A stretch of DNA of 64,000 nt. It comes from an uncultured Bacteriovoracaceae bacterium (GTDB lineage Bacteria; Bdellovibrionota; UBA2428). The notes below the pieces were generated by a model. That model was given only the letters and a program-made list of their open reading frames with translations, was not told where the DNA came from and searched no databases. Of this stretch, positions 26,975-36,267 are shown one piece after another. The translations under genes and the position numbers were made by a program. The stretch's first letter is position 1, and each line of letters begins with the position of its first letter. The stretch is from the NCBI GenBank assembly GCA_964609695.1, contig CAZSSP010000009.1, forward strand, positions 1,522 to 65,521, given 5' to 3'.

Positions 26975-27848
26975 CTTGTGAATCTTCTACATCATCCTGC
27001 TCATCGGCATCAACGTTTTCTTCATCGACCGATTCTGCATCTTCTCCATTAGGTTCGCGAAGGTCTTCATCGCCAGCTTCTTCGGAAGTGTCTTCATTTC
27101 CAGGAGTTTTTCGTCCATTCTTAGTATTTGGAGCACTTTTCTTCCGCCCAGGAATAGCCTCAATAGGATTATCAACAACGGCAGAAGCAGCAGAGGGCCC
27201 CCTCCAATCCAGCACACGAGGTCGCTCTTGAATTCTTGGGGCCGCTAAAGCTTTGTTTCCAGACGAAGGTCGACGCACAATTGAAGGAGAATTTACAATT
27301 GGATTTCTGGCGATTCCATCCTGCGCATTAGCGGGCATTCGTTCAATTTTTTCTACAGTTTTATTTTCAGAACCTTCAAAAATAAATGCTAAAACAATAA
27401 CTGCAAAAACAATTCCTATTCCATACCGCCAATTTTTCTGAAAATATTCTCCAAATTTTAAAGATATCGAAGACTTTTTTTCATTCGTATCATTAGAGAG
27501 GTTTTCATAATTGATCTTGGTAGAGCTTGTAGTTGAAATAGGATCGCCGCTGGGCTTTTGAACTAAATCTCCCGCTTCGAGCGATTCTTCGAAAATTCTA
27601 GTGACTTCCTCACGCTCTTCCTCGCTCTTTTCGGAGCTCACAATATTATCTTGCTGAATTTCTACAGGCTTAGGCGACAAACCCAAAACCTGGGCCACGG
27701 TCATATAATTAAACTCTTCACGTTCTAAAAGCTCTTCGGTTAATGCAAAGTCTTGCGCTGTCCAATAGGCCTTTTGAAGTCCCATGCGAATTTCAGGCTC
27801 TTCAAAAGGTCCTTCAAATCGACGATTTTTGAGAATATACCAACGCAC
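26961..27848 (-). CDS. GYF_2 (DUF4339)-like domain protein with a TM segment and an acidic tail
   Basis: The N-terminal WYILKNRRFEGPFEEPEI resembles GYF-type domains. There is a mid-protein TM helix (IGIVFAVIVLAFIF) and a very acidic C-terminus. The start is GTG. Confidence 0.45.
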   Translation of the reverse strand: MRWYILKNRRFEGPFEEPEIRMGLQKAYWTAQDFALTEELLEREEFNYMTVAQVLGLSPKPVEIQQDNIVSSEKSEEEREEVTRIFEESLEAGDLVQKPSGDPISTTSSTKINYENLSNDTNEKKSSISLKFGEYFQKNWRYGIGIVFAVIVLAFIFEGSENKTVEKIERMPANAQDGIARNPIVNSPSIVRRPSSGNKALAAPRIQERPRVLDWRGPSAASAVVDNPIEAIPGRKKSAPNTKNGRKTPGNEDTSEEAGDEDLREPNGEDAESVDEENVDADEQDDVEDSQDVAD

Positions 27849-27931
27849 CCTAGTATTGTAGCTTTGCTTATAGTCTTAGAGTGAACAAATATTTGATTCT
27901 TAGAATAACTTTAACGTCAAAAGACTGACCT

Positions 27932-29647
27932 TTAATGAGTGGCTGCCATAGCGCGGAAAATATCAAGACAATCACGGCCTGGAGCAACCCTAGGACGACC
28001 TATTGGGTCTGCCTCTTCAGGACGAATAATATGATCTGATTTTTTAGGAGCTCCATCATTGTCCGCTACTTGAACTTTTGGCTTAGAATCAGGAGCACTC
28101 TTTGTTTCAGCGCCCATAGCATCGCCACCGGTTTGAGATTTAGGACCAGCCGATGCAGTTTCTGGATTACGGATTGGAAGCAGCGGAGGAGTATAAGGTC
28201 TTTCAGCTCTAGCTGGAGCAGAAGACGCAAGTTCAGGCAAAGAATGCACACCACCATTTAGTCCACTCGGAATAGTATTAAATTCAGGCATTCTCGGTGC
28301 CTCAAAGTTTGAAGTCACTGGGGCTCTAAAAGAAGTTTGAGCTGGAATTGGAGCGGCCACAACACTGGCTGGCATCCTAGATCCCGCTGCAGTTATAGAA
28401 GTGTGAGGTGAATTTAGCGACGCACTTGATGGAGTCGTACCAAGATCGCTTACGGCCACTGGTGAAACTGCTGAAGCCGAAGAAGATACCGTATTAGAAG
28501 CTGCTGAAGAATTTGGAGAAACAGCTTGCGATGAAGTCGTCACACTCGAAGGGCGACGAAGCGGAGAAGACCGTAAGTTTCGATCGACTAATGTTGCCGC
28601 CAACGCAATTCCACCCACTCCCACAGCCGAATTTACAACACCCGTATCTGGAGGAGCCATGACGGCATTGTCTTGGCTAATTACTGGCGAATTCAATGCG
28701 ATACTTTGCGTAGGAATTGAATTTCCACTTGGTGAATTTAAATCAATTTTTTTATTTCCACCGCTTTCACTTTTAGAAACAGATGCGATTTCAGTGGCAT
28801 CGTCTTTAGAAACTGGTCGACCATTTAAAGCCTCTTCATCGGAACCATCGGAAGCGACAAAAGAGGATCCCTCAGAAGCCGCAGAAGCGTCATCAATTTC
28901 AGAGTTTGATTTAGATCCCTCGGCGACTAATGTACGTCCAGTTTGCGCATCAATTCTGGAGGAGTTAGCTATTCTTAGTAAATCCGCATTAATCTTAGAC
29001 TCGCCAACGATAACTGCCGTCGATAGACCTTTTGATTTTGCAAGATCAACAAATTGTGATTCGGATGGAGAAGGTAATCCCCAAGCCAAAGAGACATTGT
29101 GTTTTATTGAAGCTTTTGTGGCACTATCTCGGTCGGGATTTGCATCAATAATTTTAAACAAATTTTTTGAAAATTCTTCAATTTTAATTCTACCAGAGGA
29201 AAAATTTTCAATTTGCTCTTTAATTTGCTCTTCTTCAATCTTGCTAAACGGGTCTTTATTCACTGGATCCACAATAGTTTTTAAACTTTCCAAAGTGTCG
29301 GGTGAACCCAACAAAAGTCTCCAAATAAAACTATCTGATCTTCGGACATTTGAAATATTAGTAGAAGCTGAACTATTTGAAGCTTTAAAAGCTCGAGCAG
29401 AATCTAAGGCGTAAAGGGATTGAGATGACAAAGCTATAGAGAGGCTTAGAAGCTTTACAGAATTTAGGCAGTTTCGCAAAAATGCGAAATTTCCCATTCC
29501 TAAATTGTGTGTATTCTCAGGCGCCTTATTCATCAATTTCAAGGGTTTAAAACTTTTACGCTTTAAAAAACCCCATCCCCCTACGTGTATTATTGCAGCT
29601 TTCGTTCCAAAATTGAAAAAATAATTTAATTCAATAAAATCATACAC
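27932..29647 (-). CDS. Ser/Pro/Ala-rich secreted hypothetical protein
   Basis: 571-aa ORF. An internal signal-like segment (LLSLSIALSSQSLYA) suggests a later true start. The C-terminal half is low-complexity and S/P/A-rich. A 251-aa antisense ORF is probably a by-product of this composition. Confidence 0.5.
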   Translation of the reverse strand: MYDFIELNYFFNFGTKAAIIHVGGWGFLKRKSFKPLKLMNKAPENTHNLGMGNFAFLRNCLNSVKLLSLSIALSSQSLYALDSARAFKASNSSASTNISNVRRSDSFIWRLLLGSPDTLESLKTIVDPVNKDPFSKIEEEQIKEQIENFSSGRIKIEEFSKNLFKIIDANPDRDSATKASIKHNVSLAWGLPSPSESQFVDLAKSKGLSTAVIVGESKINADLLRIANSSRIDAQTGRTLVAEGSKSNSEIDDASAASEGSSFVASDGSDEEALNGRPVSKDDATEIASVSKSESGGNKKIDLNSPSGNSIPTQSIALNSPVISQDNAVMAPPDTGVVNSAVGVGGIALAATLVDRNLRSSPLRRPSSVTTSSQAVSPNSSAASNTVSSSASAVSPVAVSDLGTTPSSASLNSPHTSITAAGSRMPASVVAAPIPAQTSFRAPVTSNFEAPRMPEFNTIPSGLNGGVHSLPELASSAPARAERPYTPPLLPIRNPETASAGPKSQTGGDAMGAETKSAPDSKPKVQVADNDGAPKKSDHIIRPEEADPIGRPRVAPGRDCLDIFRAMAATH

Positions 29648-29696
29648 TTAATTAATATTAACACTTTCATTATCCAGCACTGTCAAAAAGCCATGT

Positions 29697-29892
29697 TTTG
29701 ATTGTGCGCTAAGAAACGGGCCTGGAAATCTATGACTACCTTTAAATTCAATGACTAGAGCCTCTTGGGGTGAGCGACGGGGCAACGCCCCGAGCTTCAG
29801 GGGTCGCCCAAGCCGCTCTAGTCATTGAATTTAAAGGTAGTCATAAATTTTAGACGTAATAATCCAGGCCCGTTTCTTAGCGCACAATCAAA
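29697..29892. repeat. 196-bp nested palindrome (perfect 30-bp outer and 31-bp inner inverted repeats around a GC-rich hairpin core)
   Basis: Outer arms 29697-29726 and 29863-29892 are exact complements, as are inner arms 29731-29761 and 29815-29845. The core 29762-29814 self-pairs (CTTGGG/CCCAAG, GCGAC/GTCGC, CGGGGC/GCCCCG). The right outer arm contains the stop codon and last 4 codons of the decarboxylase gene. Confidence 0.95.
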
Positions 29893-31301
29893 TTTTGAAG
29901 GGATTGGAGGAGATCGTCGACATGGCGTTTTTCCATAAGTCTTTGGCCTGCCACAAATCTAAGAGTGTAGCGCCCCTCAACTCTTGTATGACTTAAATAA
30001 AATTTTCCAGTGGCATTGAGCGCTTTAATGAACTTTTCATTTTTTTCATCAAGCGCTTCGGGGCTTAATTTTTCATCGTGCCATCTAAAACAAACTAAAT
30101 TTAAAGTGGTGGGACAAACAATTTTCCATGACTGATTTTGAGTGATCAATGTTTTTTCGAAATACTGCGCAAATTGAATATGAGTTCTTATGTGCTCTCG
30201 AATATTTTCAAGTCCCATAGATCGCATCACAAACCAAAGTTTCAAAGCTCTAAAGCGGCGTCCTAAAGCTAATCCCCAATCACGATAGTTCTTCACTTTT
30301 TGAGAACTTTGAGCTTTTAAATATTCAGGCAAAATTTCAAGACTTCTCACTAAAATAGAAGGGTCTTTAACAAAATAAGCAGAGCAATCAAAATGAGTAA
30401 AAAACCATTTATGAGGATTAATCACCATACTGTCCACGGCTTCTACTCCACTTAAATAATGGCGCAATTCCGGAAGTATAAAAGCTGATCCCGCATACGC
30501 AGCATCGACATGAAGCCAAATTTTTTCTTCTTGAGCGATTTGAGCAATTTTAGAAAGATCATCAAAAGCCGTAGTGCTCGTGGTGCCTAATGCCGCCACA
30601 ATGGCTGTAGGCTTCATTCCGTTTCGCTTGTCGTCAGCAATCTGCTTTTTTAAAAGCAAAGTGTTCATCGATAAATCCGACAGAGTGGGAATTTTTATAA
30701 AGTTTTCACGACCAAAGCCCAAAACTTTAGCCGCTTTTTCCACAGAAGAATGGGCCTCTTGAGATGCGTAAATTCTCATAGAGGACTGATCATAAAATCC
30801 TTTATCATTCACACAAAATTCAGAAGCTTTTTCACGTGCACTCAGTAATGCCAACAAAGTGGATGTCGAAGCGGTATCTTGAATCACGCCTGACCAATTT
30901 TTGGGTAAAGACCAGAGATCTCGAAGCCAATCCATCATTCTTTCTTCTAATTCAGTGGCCGCAGGCGAAGTCTCCCAACTCATGCACTGAAGAGACAAAG
31001 CGCTCACTAAAATTTCAGCCAACAAGCTTGGATAACTCGAATTCGATGGAAAAAATGCAAAAAACCCCGGATGCTGCCAATGAGTCACACCAGGAATAAT
31101 CATTTGTTCAAAATCTTTAAAAATTTTTGAAAAGTCTTCGCTCGATTCTGGAGCGTTTTGAGGGAGTTTGTTTAAAAGCGATCCGGCTTCCATCGTGGAT
31201 TTCACAGGATAAGACTCAATGTTCCTGTAATAATCAGCAATCCAATCGACTATCTTGTGTGCCTCTTTTTGAAACTCATCAATATTCATGGGCTCGTTCA
31301 T
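29877..31301 (-). CDS. PLP-dependent aromatic-L-amino-acid/tyrosine decarboxylase family enzyme (group II decarboxylase)
   Basis: 474 aa with HWQHPGFFAFFP, SGVIQDTASTSTL, WLHVDAAYAGSAF and the PLP-lysine motif NPHKW. Confidence 0.85.
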   Translation of the reverse strand: MNEPMNIDEFQKEAHKIVDWIADYYRNIESYPVKSTMEAGSLLNKLPQNAPESSEDFSKIFKDFEQMIIPGVTHWQHPGFFAFFPSNSSYPSLLAEILVSALSLQCMSWETSPAATELEERMMDWLRDLWSLPKNWSGVIQDTASTSTLLALLSAREKASEFCVNDKGFYDQSSMRIYASQEAHSSVEKAAKVLGFGRENFIKIPTLSDLSMNTLLLKKQIADDKRNGMKPTAIVAALGTTSTTAFDDLSKIAQIAQEEKIWLHVDAAYAGSAFILPELRHYLSGVEAVDSMVINPHKWFFTHFDCSAYFVKDPSILVRSLEILPEYLKAQSSQKVKNYRDWGLALGRRFRALKLWFVMRSMGLENIREHIRTHIQFAQYFEKTLITQNQSWKIVCPTTLNLVCFRWHDEKLSPEALDEKNEKFIKALNATGKFYLSHTRVEGRYTLRFVAGQRLMEKRHVDDLLQSLQNLIVR

Positions 31302-31888
31302 TAGTACAAGTTTTCAATTTTATCGCGACCCAATCGACGAGCTTTTTCGACTTCTTTCATTCGACTTTGCATAAGCTTTTCTTCCGATCGTTCTTTGGCT
31401 CTTTCAGCGTTAGCTTGTTCCACTATTTTATAAGAATCTTTAAAAAGTTTATCGGCAATTTTGCTCAAGTGATCGTGAAGCAAAGGGTTGGCACTATCTA
31501 AGGCATCTTTAGATTTTGCTCCCGGTTTTTTTTCAGCGTTAAAAACTTGCTCAAATTTACAAAGCTGACCTTTGATAAGACGATCGACCGGACTTTCCTC
31601 AAAATAAGCAGGCTTTATGTCGAGTAAATGTTGTGAGAGTTCAGAAATAGCAAAAAGATCGGAGACACCCTTGGCATCCGCGCCTCTTTGACTAGCCATT
31701 ATCGTAATACTGCTTTCAAAAAAATCTCTGAAACGCTTGGCTTCCGCAAATGCATTGTCGCAGCCACCAGGAAAAGCCATCGAGGAAAGCGGCTTATAAA
31801 CATTTTCATCAATCTCACTGGCGGAAAAGAGCGGCAGCCCTAACGCTAAGCAACAGAGCAATAATGACTTCAATAGGTGCTTCTTCAT
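31301..31888 (-). CDS. secreted hypothetical protein, translationally coupled to the decarboxylase
   Basis: 195 aa with a signal peptide (LLLCCLALGLPLFSA). Its stop overlaps the decarboxylase ATG by 1 nt (TAATG). Confidence 0.5.
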   Translation of the reverse strand: MKKHLLKSLLLCCLALGLPLFSASEIDENVYKPLSSMAFPGGCDNAFAEAKRFRDFFESSITIMASQRGADAKGVSDLFAISELSQHLLDIKPAYFEESPVDRLIKGQLCKFEQVFNAEKKPGAKSKDALDSANPLLHDHLSKIADKLFKDSYKIVEQANAERAKERSEEKLMQSRMKEVEKARRLGRDKIENLY

Positions 31889-31944
31889 AACAATAGCTTA
31901 GCTCGGAGATTGACTTTTATCTATTTCGGAATTTCGATACAAAC

Positions 31945-33939
31945 ATGGCAAAGAAAAATCCCATCAAGAGTTCACTCATCTTCTTAAGTATCACCGCTGC
32001 TATAGTGGCCCTTTCTTTTTACGTTATTGCTCCTAAGCAGAAGGAAAGAGAGGACAAAAAGGAAAAAGCCTCATTGCTCTTTGGTGCCCTTAATCGCGAT
32101 GACGTTGTGGGCATGGAAATCACGCGCGATGGCAAAACTCACAATATTTCTCGCAGCGCCCAAAACAAGGATCAATGGTATCTAAACACAGCTAATAAAA
32201 ACATAGAAGCCGATAGCGAATCTATCACTGGTATTATTTCTGCCATGCTCTCTGCAAAACGTGAAGAAAGTGTTGAGGGGAGCGATCTCGCCTTAGTGGG
32301 TTTAGACAACCCCAAAGTTAAATTTAAAATCATGGGAGTTAAAGAAACATCTAAAACACTCCTCATTGGAAACGACACCCCTGTGAATTATTTTGTATAT
32401 GCCAAATGGGAAGATCAGCCTGAAATCTTTCTCACCACTCGATCCATTAAATTTGGTTTAGAAAAAGAAGAAAAAGATCTTCGAAATAAAGTTATATTCA
32501 ATTGGAAGCTCAGCGAACTTAAAGAAATTCGCTTTGAGAGTTTTAATCGACGAGACATTGGCAAAGAAAAATTTGCAATTCAAAAAGGAGAAAATGGAAA
32601 ATGGGTCACTCAAGGTAGCGACAATTATCCTATAGAAGAAAGAGACCTCAATGTCTGGTTAGAAGCTCTCGATAAAGTTCGAGCTGATGATTTTCCCTCT
32701 GAAAACTCAAAAGAGCGAAGCAAGTTTGGCTTCAATCAACCTGTGGCCACAGTAGAATTAGTCAATCTCAAGGGAGAAAAGCAATTTTGGACTTTTGCCT
32801 CTCTCCAAAAGAAAAACGGAAAAGAAGTGGCTTGGGATAATTATATTGCCGAAAAAAATCAAGAAAGCACCTTTCACGTTGCCGACAGTGCACGCGATGC
32901 CTTTAAAATTAGTTTATTTCAATTGCGCGATAAAAACTTAGGACAAGGTATCGTTAAAACAGAAGTCAACTCTCTCATTATTTCCCAAAAGGATAAAAGC
33001 ATTATCTTAGAAAAACAAAGTGACGCTAAATGGAAAGGACGCTTCAATGCCGCGGGCTTATTAGAAGGCCCTGCCCATGAAAAAGCTATTTCCGATGCCA
33101 TAGATGCACTCATTGGACTTCATGCGACTAAGTTCAACGATAAATCCAACGTAGTCGCCCTAGGCCTCAACGCTCCACAAAGAGTGGTCACTCTTAAAGA
33201 CAAAGCAGGGCAAGTTATAGCTGAATATCGTTTTGGTAAAAAATTATCAGCCGATGAAATCGCCGTTCTAAAATCTGGCCTCAATTCTCCCGCCAATGTT
33301 TTACTAGATATAGAAAAACTCTTTCCTTTAAAGGCAGAAGCCTTTATAAACGCCGTTTCCGATAGCTCTCATGGCGTTGCAGGAAATAGTGCAAGTCCAG
33401 AGCTTGTTGGTCAAAAAGGAGTTGCCGTGAAACTTGAAGCCACTGTTAAAAATAAAAGCGAACTTAAAAAATTACCTGCAGCCATCACCAAGGCTGGATT
33501 TTCTTATTTTGCGGAATTCACCCTCAATGGTGGCCGAAAATTAAAAGTAGAATTTGCGGCCGACAAAGCGCCCTACACTGTGAGCAATTTTATACATTTA
33601 GCACGAAACGGATTCTACAATGGCTTAAAATTTCATAGAGTTATTCCCGGCTTCGTAGCACAAGGTGGAGACCCCGTAGGTAATGGAAGCGGAGGTCCAG
33701 GTTGGATGTTTGATTACGAAGACAACGATCTTAAACACGTGCCTGGAGTGATTGCCATGGCTCATGCCGCTAGCAAAGACACTAACGGTTCACAATTTTA
33801 TTTCGTATTTGAAGCTCAACCACACCTCGATCGTCTCCACACAGTTTTTGGAAAAATCACTGAAGGCCTAGATATTTTCAAAGGCATCAAACAAGGAGAT
33901 GTCATGGAGAAAGTCGAAGTATTCGAAAAAGCGCTCTAG
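31945..33939 (+). CDS. fusion protein: N-terminal DUF4340-like region + C-terminal cyclophilin-type peptidyl-prolyl isomerase
   Basis: 664 aa with an N-terminal TM anchor. The C-terminal roughly 170 aa carry cyclophilin motifs (FHRVIPGFVAQGGDP, GSQFYFV). The DUF4340 call for the N-terminal 470 aa is tentative. Confidence 0.75.
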   Translation: MAKKNPIKSSLIFLSITAAIVALSFYVIAPKQKEREDKKEKASLLFGALNRDDVVGMEITRDGKTHNISRSAQNKDQWYLNTANKNIEADSESITGIISAMLSAKREESVEGSDLALVGLDNPKVKFKIMGVKETSKTLLIGNDTPVNYFVYAKWEDQPEIFLTTRSIKFGLEKEEKDLRNKVIFNWKLSELKEIRFESFNRRDIGKEKFAIQKGENGKWVTQGSDNYPIEERDLNVWLEALDKVRADDFPSENSKERSKFGFNQPVATVELVNLKGEKQFWTFASLQKKNGKEVAWDNYIAEKNQESTFHVADSARDAFKISLFQLRDKNLGQGIVKTEVNSLIISQKDKSIILEKQSDAKWKGRFNAAGLLEGPAHEKAISDAIDALIGLHATKFNDKSNVVALGLNAPQRVVTLKDKAGQVIAEYRFGKKLSADEIAVLKSGLNSPANVLLDIEKLFPLKAEAFINAVSDSSHGVAGNSASPELVGQKGVAVKLEATVKNKSELKKLPAAITKAGFSYFAEFTLNGGRKLKVEFAADKAPYTVSNFIHLARNGFYNGLKFHRVIPGFVAQGGDPVGNGSGGPGWMFDYEDNDLKHVPGVIAMAHAASKDTNGSQFYFVFEAQPHLDRLHTVFGKITEGLDIFKGIKQGDVMEKVEVFEKAL

Positions 33940-34501
33940 AGAAATTGGCCCACTTCGTATAGCTTCGCCCTTTATGGAATGGGCCGTAAGAGCACTTTAT
34001 CTTTTTGCTTTATCAATATTAAGTATTGCATACGCTTTAGCGTGGTTTCAGATTCCAATAGCAGCTCATTTTAATTGGCCGTCTTCCTTTGTATTCCACT
34101 TGGCCACAGCGGGAATTAGCGTATTAATTTCTTTTTTTGCCAATCTTAGCGTCCTTTTCTATTTCATTGGCACAGGCGTTTGGATGAAAGACCGAGCTAA
34201 GGAAATTTTGAAACAAGATCGAAGCAAAGCTCAGCAAATTTGGGCCATTTACGAAAAAAGTAACAAACTCAAAGCAAAAGCTTTTCCTTTTGCAACTTTT
34301 TCAATTTTTTTTGGAATTTTAACTTTCGTTATGGGCGGGGCTTTTCAGGTAGGTGCTGTACCCTCATGGCTTCACCCCACTCTCGCCACTCTACTTTGCT
34401 TAACAGGTTGGATTGGAATCAAATTTGTTTTTGGCGCTATGCGCGAAAACTTGGAAAACCTTAATAAGTGTTCCGAACTACTTGATGATAAACTAGACTA
34501 A
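33899..34501 (+). CDS. hypothetical integral membrane protein
   Basis: 200 aa with about 4 TM helices. A strong AAGGAG lies 5 nt upstream of ATG 33899, and the ORF overlaps the upstream gene by 41 nt. Confidence 0.5.
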   Translation: MSWRKSKYSKKRSREIGPLRIASPFMEWAVRALYLFALSILSIAYALAWFQIPIAAHFNWPSSFVFHLATAGISVLISFFANLSVLFYFIGTGVWMKDRAKEILKQDRSKAQQIWAIYEKSNKLKAKAFPFATFSIFFGILTFVMGGAFQVGAVPSWLHPTLATLLCLTGWIGIKFVFGAMRENLENLNKCSELLDDKLD

Positions 34502-34561
34502 ATTCCAGACGTAACCTATATTCCGTTTGCGAAATAAATTCTTCAAGGAGATAAACTAGTT

Positions 34562-34792
34562 ATGGCTGATAAATCTCAAAAACAAGCTGAGAATACACAA
34601 GGTTCTTGGTACGTAGACGTTAACTGTATCGATTGCGACGTTTGCCGCGAAACTGCACCTAATAATTTCACTCAGCAAGCTGACAAAGGTTACAGCTATG
34701 TTTTTAAGCAGCCAGAAAGCCCTGAAGAAACTGCTCAATGCCAAGAAGCTATGGAATCTTGCCCTGTTGAAGCCATTGGCAACGACGGCTAA
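34562..34792 (+). CDS. small ferredoxin (single Fe-S cluster type)
   Basis: 76 aa with CIDCDVC...C(P)VEAI cysteine spacing and an AAGGAG RBS. Confidence 0.8.
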   Translation: MADKSQKQAENTQGSWYVDVNCIDCDVCRETAPNNFTQQADKGYSYVFKQPESPEETAQCQEAMESCPVEAIGNDG

Positions 34793-34825
34793 TCCCATTT
34801 TTTAAAATTTTTACGTGAGCCAAAA

Positions 34826-35494
34826 ATGAATTCCACAAAATGGATTGTATTGAGCGACTTTGATGGAACGCTCACAACTAAAGATGTTGGCAACGAACTC
34901 TGCAAACGTTTTATTCCTCAACTTTTTGATAGAGTGAATGAACAATATTTTCTTGGAAATTTAAATCTCAGAGCCGAACAAAAAATTCTCTGGGAGGACT
35001 TTCCAGCCAATAAAGAAGTTTTTCAAAAGACCGCTCAAGAAGTGGGCATCTTTCGAAAAGGTGTGAATGAATTTTTAGAAAAATGTTTGCTCCATAAAAT
35101 TCCAGTTTTTGTGGCGAGCTGCGGAATGGACGCTTACATTGAAGCCGTTTTAGAAAAACAGGCTAGCCCTAAAGCGCGACAAGCCATTCACGCCATTGAA
35201 TGCAACCGAACTGAATTTTCCAATGAACGACTCATAAAAATTCACACTCCAGTGAAAGATGAAAAATCGGCTTACCCTCTTCACAAAGGGGAGTGGGCTG
35301 GTGAACTTAAAAAGAAATTTCCAGGTACAAAAATTCTAGGCATTGGAGATGGCAGCAGTGATTTTTCAATGCTGGGTTATGTCGACAAAATCTACGCCAC
35401 TCGAAAATTGGCGGATAAATGTGTCGAAAAAAACGTATCTTTTGAGCGATTTGAGGACTTTAGCGGTTTAATTAACTGCGAAATATTTCAATAG
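34826..35494 (+). CDS. HAD-superfamily (subfamily IB, MtnX/PSP-like) phosphatase
   Basis: It has HAD motif I LSDFDGTLT, motif II ASCG and motif IV GIGDGSSD. Confidence 0.7.
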   Translation: MNSTKWIVLSDFDGTLTTKDVGNELCKRFIPQLFDRVNEQYFLGNLNLRAEQKILWEDFPANKEVFQKTAQEVGIFRKGVNEFLEKCLLHKIPVFVASCGMDAYIEAVLEKQASPKARQAIHAIECNRTEFSNERLIKIHTPVKDEKSAYPLHKGEWAGELKKKFPGTKILGIGDGSSDFSMLGYVDKIYATRKLADKCVEKNVSFERFEDFSGLINCEIFQ

Positions 35495-35544
35495 AGCCAA
35501 AGACCCATTCTAGCTTTTATCTATAGGGGGCTTAAACTAAGACT

Positions 35545-36261
35545 ATGACCGAAGAATCCGTATTAACCCACCAACCTTTTGGTTATCGAAAAAAGCCTGC
35601 TCGAGTTTATTTAGCGGCGGCTTATCTTTTGATCGCTCCTTTCGTGAATTTAGTTTTGGGAATTCGAAACACTGGTGAAGTGAATTGGTACAAAGTAGGA
35701 ACTTGGTTTCAATACCTTTTAATTCTCCACCCTAGAACTTGGGCTTTGTTAATCATCACTCTCACAGCAGGTGGGCTCCTCCTTCTTGTTAGAAAAGCCT
35801 CTTGGGTCTTCACTCTAGCTTCTTTAGGACTCGTTATTTTATACAATCTGATCGTATTTCACGATGTTCCTTTGCTCGCAGTAGCACTACTAGCTTTTGT
35901 AGCCTTCACTCCATTCAAAAAGCCCTATCTCAACCCTTCCCTACGATGGTGGGAACACCCGCCTCGCTTTGTTGTCGATCTCTATGCTGCCATACCAGAA
36001 ATTCAGGCTCAATTAAAAATCTTCGATGTTTCTGAAGGCGGTATGTTGGCCGCTTTTGAGGGATCTTTTGTCCCTTCAGTCGGTGCCACTTTTTATCTTG
36101 AATTTAACAATGGCCCCAAAGTCATGGGTAAAGTTGTTCGCAAACAAGAAGACAAATATTTAGGAATACATTTTGAATCTGTTGATCGAAAAAAACGACG
36201 AGAACTTAGAGACTTTATCAAAGGACTAGAACGACGAGGCGAAGCTAAGGCAAAAAGGTAG
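35545..36261 (+). CDS. membrane protein with a C-terminal PilZ-like domain
   Basis: The N-terminal half has about 4 TM helices. The C-terminal half has HPPRF...IFDVSEGGMLA, which matches the DxSxxG half of the PilZ c-di-GMP motif. The RxxxR half is degenerate. Confidence 0.55.
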   Translation: MTEESVLTHQPFGYRKKPARVYLAAAYLLIAPFVNLVLGIRNTGEVNWYKVGTWFQYLLILHPRTWALLIITLTAGGLLLLVRKASWVFTLASLGLVILYNLIVFHDVPLLAVALLAFVAFTPFKKPYLNPSLRWWEHPPRFVVDLYAAIPEIQAQLKIFDVSEGGMLAAFEGSFVPSVGATFYLEFNNGPKVMGKVVRKQEDKYLGIHFESVDRKKRRELRDFIKGLERRGEAKAKR

Positions 36262-36267
36262 AAAATT

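Noticed and set aside
28659-29414. 251-aa plus-strand ORF
   Set aside because: It lies entirely antisense to the longer Ser/Pro-rich minus-strand ORF and has no start signals. It is probably a consequence of low-complexity sequence.
29762-29814. The GC-rich palindrome core contains ACGGGG, GGGGUGA and CACCCC strings faintly reminiscent of the ydaO/kimA c-di-AMP riboswitch
   Set aside because: At 53 nt it is far too short. It is fully explained as a simple hairpin, and no pseudo-twofold architecture is evident. It is worth an Infernal scan, but I make no claim.
34556-34798. 80-aa minus-strand ORF
   Set aside because: It is a mirror frame of the clearly recognisable ferredoxin gene on the plus strand.
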